This document shows, in pieces, positions 58,571-64,000 of a DNA stretch of 64,000 bases. The DNA comes from an uncultured Pelagibacteraceae bacterium. GTDB taxonomy: Bacteria; Pseudomonadota; Alphaproteobacteria; Pelagibacterales; Pelagibacteraceae. The position numbers and the translations under genes were made by a program. Positions within the stretch are counted from its first letter, which is position 1. Each line of letters starts with the position of its first letter. The stretch covers positions 6,039-70,038 of the forward strand of contig CACGCL010000004.1 of assembly GCA_902571525.1 (NCBI GenBank), in the 5' to 3' direction. Below the pieces are notes generated by a model that worked only from the letters and a program-made list of their open reading frames with translations, was not told the DNA's origin and searched no databases.

Positions 58571-58910
58571 TTGTATTTAAAATGTTGATTAATTGATTGT
58601 GGTGTCTAAAGGTTGTAAATTGCCTTACTTTTTTCTTTGAATTAATTTTAAAATTTTTCAAATTATTTTCATTTAGTTTTAAAAAATAATTAAATTTTTC
58701 GTCTAAAATTTTTGACGTTGTTAAATCAACTATCTTAATATTATGTATATTCATATTTTTTTTAAAAAAATTCCATTCACCAGCTACATTTAAAATGATT
58801 GGCTCAAAATCATTTTTGGAGTATTTTTTTAAATTTTCAGCAGAATTTATCATAGACCTTATAGTTGCTACTTTTGATATAAATGGAGACCAGTAATATA
58901 CAAATTTCAT
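58563..58910 (-). pseudogene. Glycosyltransferase (probably GT4) with in-frame central deletion
   Basis: GT-B-like N-terminus YYWSPFISKVATI..INSA joined directly to a C-terminal-type helix KINSKKKVRQFT..HHNQL..IL; only 115 aa, no donor-binding motif. Confidence 0.6.
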
Positions 58911-59066
58911 AAATGTCTATTTAATTAGTAAAATGTGCATAATTCACTAATATTATAAAAAACTTTAAAACACATTATGCCTTATAAATGCTTTTATTAA
59001 ATGTTTTTATAAATATATTCAACACTAATAAAATAAAGATCTTTAAATTTAAATAATTTTAATAGT

Positions 59067-59771
59067 ATGAATTTTAATGATAAAAAATTTGTAATGGTAT
59101 TAGGATCTAAGCCCTACTCAACCTTTCCTGATTTGCAGGTAGAAAAAATTTATGCAGCAAATGGTGCATCTGAAAGAGCAAATATTTACAAAAAGAAATA
59201 TCCAAATACTCTGCTCTTCTCACTAATTGGTAGTAGAGAATTTGAAAAAAATGTTGATGTTCAAAAAAGAGTCTTGGAATCTAATCCTGATCAGGTAATT
59301 TCAAGATCAGGATTGATAAATTTTAAAAAATATAATTTTTCAGATAAAACAAAATTTAAATATTTTTCTCCATTTAAACAATTTTTTTTTCAAAGTAAAT
59401 TTTTTAAGTTTAATTTTATTGATATTTTAGTTAAAGAGACTTTTTATGAAGAAAAAATTTTTAATAGATTTTTACATTTTTTTAAATCTCTAAAAAAAAG
59501 AGAAATAAATGGAGTTTCAACCGGTTTTTTTTCAATTCTTTATGCATTAGAAATGAATAAAAATCATAATGTCATTATCTCTGGAATTGGTATGAGTGGT
59601 GGTGGACATTATTATAATAAAGACTCTTCAAGGTATCAAAAAAGATCAAATGTTGATAAAGCGTTAATTAAAAATTTAAGAAAAAAATTTAAAGATAGAC
59701 TTTTTACTGCTGATAATGAATTATATGAAAACACAGGCATAAACTATATTGACTTAAAAACTTTTGTATGA
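59067..59771 (+). CDS. Hypothetical protein with sialyltransferase (GT29)-like motifs
   Basis: VMVLGSKP near the N-terminus; STGFFSILYAL...VIISGIGM...HYY. Confidence 0.5.
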   Translation: MNFNDKKFVMVLGSKPYSTFPDLQVEKIYAANGASERANIYKKKYPNTLLFSLIGSREFEKNVDVQKRVLESNPDQVISRSGLINFKKYNFSDKTKFKYFSPFKQFFFQSKFFKFNFIDILVKETFYEEKIFNRFLHFFKSLKKREINGVSTGFFSILYALEMNKNHNVIISGIGMSGGGHYYNKDSSRYQKRSNVDKALIKNLRKKFKDRLFTADNELYENTGINYIDLKTFV

Positions 59772-60667
59772 AAAAAAAATTTGTTGATCCATATATTAAA
59801 AAGAAATTAAAAAAAAGCGATGAAGTTTTTCAATTTTTTCCAAATACACTAATACCTATGCCATCAGAGATCGAGATAAGTGAGTCTGGAACTTGTAATA
59901 GAAAATGTTCATTCTGTCCTAGAAGTGCAGAAGATTTTAAAGACGTTAAAGAATTTATTGATACTGAATTATTTGAAAAATTGATTTATGAGTTAAAAGA
60001 TTATGATTACTGCGGGACAATTAGATTTTCAGGTTTTGTGGAGCCTCTTTTAGATAAAAACATTTTTAATCTTTTAGAAATATGCAAGTCAAAACTTGAA
60101 AAATCAAATATCGAAATGGTAACAAATGGTGACGTATTAAATTTTCATAGATTAAAAAAACTTTTTGAGTCTGGATTAGATAAGTTATTAATAAGTGTTT
60201 ATGATGGTCCTGAGGATGTAATTAAATTTGAAAAACTTTGTAATCAAGCTAATTTAAAAAAAAATCAATATTTTATTAGACATAGATATTTACCTCCAGA
60301 AGAAGATTTTGGTATTACTTTAAGTAATAGAGCTGGAATGATGGCAAAAGCAGAATATAAAATTTCAGAATTAAATACTTCACTTAAAAAGCCATGTTAT
60401 TATCCAAGTTATACTTTTTTTCTTGATTACAATGGAGATGTTTTGATGTGCCCACATGACTGGGGAAAAAAAAATATTCTTGGTAATCTCAAAAATAAAA
60501 ATTTTAAGGAAATTTGGCTATCGAAAATTTCAAATATCAGTAGAAATAAATTGCTGAAGGCAGATAGAGACTTTTCACCTTGTAACGTTTGTGATGTAAC
60601 TGGAACATTAATTGGGGTAAAACATGCCCAGGCGTGGAAAAAAATTGAAAAAAATAAAAAATTATAA
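59768..60667 (+). CDS. Radical SAM protein with SPASM/twitch domain
   Basis: CNRKCSFC, GFVEPLL, VTNG, C..P....G.V..C..D, PC..C. Confidence 0.92.
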   Translation: MKKKFVDPYIKKKLKKSDEVFQFFPNTLIPMPSEIEISESGTCNRKCSFCPRSAEDFKDVKEFIDTELFEKLIYELKDYDYCGTIRFSGFVEPLLDKNIFNLLEICKSKLEKSNIEMVTNGDVLNFHRLKKLFESGLDKLLISVYDGPEDVIKFEKLCNQANLKKNQYFIRHRYLPPEEDFGITLSNRAGMMAKAEYKISELNTSLKKPCYYPSYTFFLDYNGDVLMCPHDWGKKNILGNLKNKNFKEIWLSKISNISRNKLLKADRDFSPCNVCDVTGTLIGVKHAQAWKKIEKNKKL

Positions 60668-61367
60668 AAAAATTTTAATTCTTGGAGCTAGTTCGGATAT
60701 AGGAATTGAAATAACAAAAAAATTTTTAGAAAATAATTGGAAAGTTTATGGTCACTATTATTCCAACAATAGACCTTTCACTAAATTTAAAAAATCAAAT
60801 TTTCATCCTATAAAAATTAATTTTTTAGACAAATCAAAAAATATAGAAAAAAGGTTAAATGTTATAAAAGATATTAAATTTGATGCTTTTATAAATTTAA
60901 CTGGCTTAATTGATAATAAAACTTTTGAAAATTTTAAGATAAAAGATATGCTTAATACCTTTAGGGTAAATACAATTGTCCCTCTTTATATTCTTAAATT
61001 TATAGTAAAAAAAATGATCCAAAACAAATTTGGTCGAATTTTATTAACTTCAAGCATAGGAACAAAATTTGGTGGAGGAAAAAATACATTTAACTACTCA
61101 ATTTCTAAAAAAGCTAATGAATTTATCCCAAGAAATTATAAAGACTGGGCAAAAAATAATGTTTTAATAAATTCTTTAATAATTGGAGTTACAAATACTA
61201 AAATTCATAAAAAGGTCTCAAGAAAAAATATTCTTAAGAGATCAAAATTAATACCGATGAATAGAATGGCCGATCCCAAAGAAATATCAGAATATGTGAG
61301 TTTTTTACTTAGTGAAAAAAATACCTATATTACAGGTCAGGTTTTATCAATAAGTGGTGGGGAATAA
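60645..61367 (+). CDS. SDR family oxidoreductase
   Basis: GASSDIG, SS, YSISK catalytic motif, YITGQ; start uncertain (TTG 60645 or ATG 60624). Confidence 0.88.
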   Translation: MKKIKNYKKILILGASSDIGIEITKKFLENNWKVYGHYYSNNRPFTKFKKSNFHPIKINFLDKSKNIEKRLNVIKDIKFDAFINLTGLIDNKTFENFKIKDMLNTFRVNTIVPLYILKFIVKKMIQNKFGRILLTSSIGTKFGGGKNTFNYSISKKANEFIPRNYKDWAKNNVLINSLIIGVTNTKIHKKVSRKNILKRSKLIPMNRMADPKEISEYVSFLLSEKNTYITGQVLSISGGE

Positions 61368-61384
61368 TTTTAAAAGTAGAAAAA

Positions 61385-62608
61385 TTGAAAAAAAAAATTA
61401 AAGTCTTACAAATTGTTGGTGGTAACTACTCTAATGGAGCATTTCAAGGTGCAAACATTCTTCATAAAACTTTAATAAATCAAGGGGTTGAGTCAGTTTT
61501 ACTTAATGATACTTGCTCAATTAAAAAACAATATAATATAAAAATAATGAGTAATAATGTAGTTTTTATTATAGATGGGTTTTTCAAAAAAATTTTGTCC
61601 AAGATTTTTATTTATATAGAAAAATTTTTAAAATCTATTTTTCTTCATACTCCAAGGGAAACTTTCACAATTGGATTACTTGGTTTTGATATAACAAAAT
61701 TAGATGAATATAAAAAAGCAGACATAATTCATATTCATTGGTTGAGTGAGGGTTTTATTAATATAAAGTCTTTATCTAAAGTCAACAAACCAATAGTTTG
61801 GACAATGAGAGATATGTGGGCATTTACAGGAGGATCACATTATCAAATGGATTTTCAAAAATATGAGCAAGGTCACATTTCTAAATTTCTTAAAAAATTA
61901 AAAAAAAAATATTACAATCAAAATTTTAATTTTGTTTCAGTTAGCAAGTGGTTAAAAAATGAAGCAGAAAATAGTATTGTTTTAAAAAGCTTTAATATAT
62001 ACCATATTGATAATAATATAGATTTTAATGATTTTAATTTTCTCCAAAAAGAAGATGCAAAAAAAATTTTAAACATAGATACTAATAAACAAATTATTTT
62101 ATATGGAGCTCAAAACCCGCAAAGTAAAAGAAAGGGTTGGCAAATTTTTTTAAACGCAATTAAGAAGATAGATAATAAAAAATATTTTTTATTAATTTTT
62201 GGTAATTTTTGGTCACAAAAAGATCTTAATGATATTGGAATAGAATTTAAAAGCTTGGGTTTCATTCAAAATAAAGATTTATTAAGTGCAGCTTATTCAA
62301 GTGCAGATATCTTTGTTGCAACTTCAATAGAAGATGCTTGGCCTAAAACCTTTGCAGAATGTATGTATTGTGGTACTCCAGTTGTTTGTTTTGACAAAAC
62401 TAGTATTTCTGAGATTGTAAAACACAAATTAAATGGTTATGTGGTAAGAAATTTAGATCCTAATTCACTAAGTGAGGGCATTGAGTGGCTTTTATATAAA
62501 ATGAAAAATGATCCAATCAAAAAAGATGTGATTAGATCAGAAATTCTTAACTTTGATTCAAAAAAAATAGCGAAAAAATATATAAAGTTTTATGAGGATT
62601 TAGTTTAA
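61385..62608 (+). CDS. GT4 glycosyltransferase (WcaC-like)
   Basis: DIIHIHW, VWTMRDMW.FTGG.H, RKG, ED..P....E...CGTPVV. Confidence 0.88.
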   Translation: MKKKIKVLQIVGGNYSNGAFQGANILHKTLINQGVESVLLNDTCSIKKQYNIKIMSNNVVFIIDGFFKKILSKIFIYIEKFLKSIFLHTPRETFTIGLLGFDITKLDEYKKADIIHIHWLSEGFINIKSLSKVNKPIVWTMRDMWAFTGGSHYQMDFQKYEQGHISKFLKKLKKKYYNQNFNFVSVSKWLKNEAENSIVLKSFNIYHIDNNIDFNDFNFLQKEDAKKILNIDTNKQIILYGAQNPQSKRKGWQIFLNAIKKIDNKKYFLLIFGNFWSQKDLNDIGIEFKSLGFIQNKDLLSAAYSSADIFVATSIEDAWPKTFAECMYCGTPVVCFDKTSISEIVKHKLNGYVVRNLDPNSLSEGIEWLLYKMKNDPIKKDVIRSEILNFDSKKIAKKYIKFYEDLV

Positions 62609-62655
62609 AAAATAACTTCTTTACTTAATTTATTTTTTTAACTAAATATTATTTG

Positions 62656-64000
62656 ATGTGTGGTATAGCTGGATATTTTAATAAAAAATCTTCTCATGAA
62701 GACATTCTAAATACAATAAAAAAAATGAACAAAATTCAAATTCACAGAGGTCCAAACAGCCATGATCATTTTTTGAATTCTGAAAAAAACTTAGGTCTAA
62801 TTATGTGTAGATTATCAATTTTAGACTTGGAATTAGGAATTCAGCCGATGACATCAAAAGATAAGAGATATACTATAATTTTTAATGGTACTATCTTAAA
62901 TTCACCAGAGCTTAGAAAAAAATTAGAAAAAACTGGAGTAAAGTTCTTCACAAATAATTCTGATACAGAGGTATTGTTACAAATGATAATTAATTATGGA
63001 AAAGAAGCGCTAAAAGAATTAAATGGATCTTTTTCTTTTGCATTTTACGATAATATTAGAAAAAAATTATTTTGCGCTAGAGATCGTTTTGGATTAACAC
63101 CATTTTATTATTATTGGAAAAATGGCAAATTTTTATTTGCATCTGAATTAAAGGCTATATTGTATTCGAACCATTGTTCTAATAATATTGATATTCAAAG
63201 TTTAAATGATTTTTTAAGTTTACTTTGGGTACCTGGACCAAAAACAATTATAAAAGATATAAAAAAACTTCCTGCGGGAAATGTATTGGAATTAGATCTG
63301 AATGAAGAAAAATTAAGGATAGAAGAGTGGTGGGATATTGAAATTTTAGATAAAAATTATGCTAAATTAGATACATTAATCGAAGAACTAAGAGATGTTT
63401 TAGAAAAATCAGTAATTAGATCTACTTTATCTGATGTTCCTTTAGCTTGTGGCTTATCTGGAGGTTTGGACTCACAAGCTATAACGGGTTTATTAGCAAA
63501 AAATAATATCAATATAAATACTTTTACTCTAGGTTTTAAAGGATTTAAGTCAGGAGATTTAAATGAAACTAAACTAGCAAGTATAGCTGCAAAACATTTT
63601 AAAACAAACCACACAGAAATTGCAATGAATACAAAAAACTATTTTGAAGATCTAGATAAAATGATTTATCATTTAGATGAACCATATGGCGGTGGCTTAC
63701 CACTTTGGCATATTTTAAAACAATCAGGTAAAAAATTTGGTGTAATTTTAACGGGTTTAGGAGCGGATGAGCTATTTGGAAATTTTGGAAGATGGACACT
63801 TTTAGAAAAAACGATGTTCAACTTGTTCAATAATAAATATCAATTTGACATGCTCTTTTTTAATAGAAAATACTTTTTTTCAGAAAAATTTAAAAGTAAG
63901 ATTATCTTAAACAACTCAAGCAACCCAACAAGTCAATATTTGCTAAACATTATGAACAAAAAAAAATACTATGATATACGAAACAAAATTATGTATTTAG
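62656..64000 (+). CDS. asnB: Asparagine synthase-like amidotransferase (partial, runs off window end)
   Basis: ATG 62656 MCGIAGY, HRGP, RLSI.D, SDTEV, ARDRFG, LSGGLDS, GADELFG; open to the window end. Confidence 0.93.
   Translation, partial: MCGIAGYFNKKSSHEDILNTIKKMNKIQIHRGPNSHDHFLNSEKNLGLIMCRLSILDLELGIQPMTSKDKRYTIIFNGTILNSPELRKKLEKTGVKFFTNNSDTEVLLQMIINYGKEALKELNGSFSFAFYDNIRKKLFCARDRFGLTPFYYYWKNGKFLFASELKAILYSNHCSNNIDIQSLNDFLSLLWVPGPKTIIKDIKKLPAGNVLELDLNEEKLRIEEWWDIEILDKNYAKLDTLIEELRDVLEKSVIRSTLSDVPLACGLSGGLDSQAITGLLAKNNININTFTLGFKGFKSGDLNETKLASIAAKHFKTNHTEIAMNTKNYFEDLDKMIYHLDEPYGGGLPLWHILKQSGKKFGVILTGLGADELFGNFGRWTLLEKTMFNLFNNKYQFDMLFFNRKYFFSEKFKSKIILNNSSNPTSQYLLNIMNKKKYYDIRNKIMYL

Overview
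A very AT-rich, gene-dense alphaproteobacterial window. The two-piece tmRNA, thyX, compact intergenic spacing and gene content point to Pelagibacterales (SAR11); this is inferred, not searched. Core blocks: mreBCD, leuA, ilvIHC, miaA-degP-hflKC, mrp, thyX/ssrA, fumC, uvrD, pepP, ligA-bamD-lpxC, a rearranged dcw cluster (mraZ-ftsZ-rsmH-ftsL-ftsI-fused murE/murF-mraY-murD-ftsW-murG-murC-murB-ddl-ftsQ-miniature ftsA), rnpB, an amidase, mlaA/mlaC and two tRNAs. There are three accessory regions: (1) a sulfotransferase/arylsulfotransferase cassette between ilvC and leuA; (2) an autotransporter plus an O-acyltransferase next to thyX, separated by a diverged relic copy of the thyX 3' end; (3) a surface-polysaccharide island from about 52.1 kb to the window end. 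The island holds several 'hollowed' genes that keep only their 5' and 3' ends, plus a GT29-like/radical SAM/SDR/GT4/AsnB tailoring operon. Family assignments come from motif recognition only; no database searches were run.
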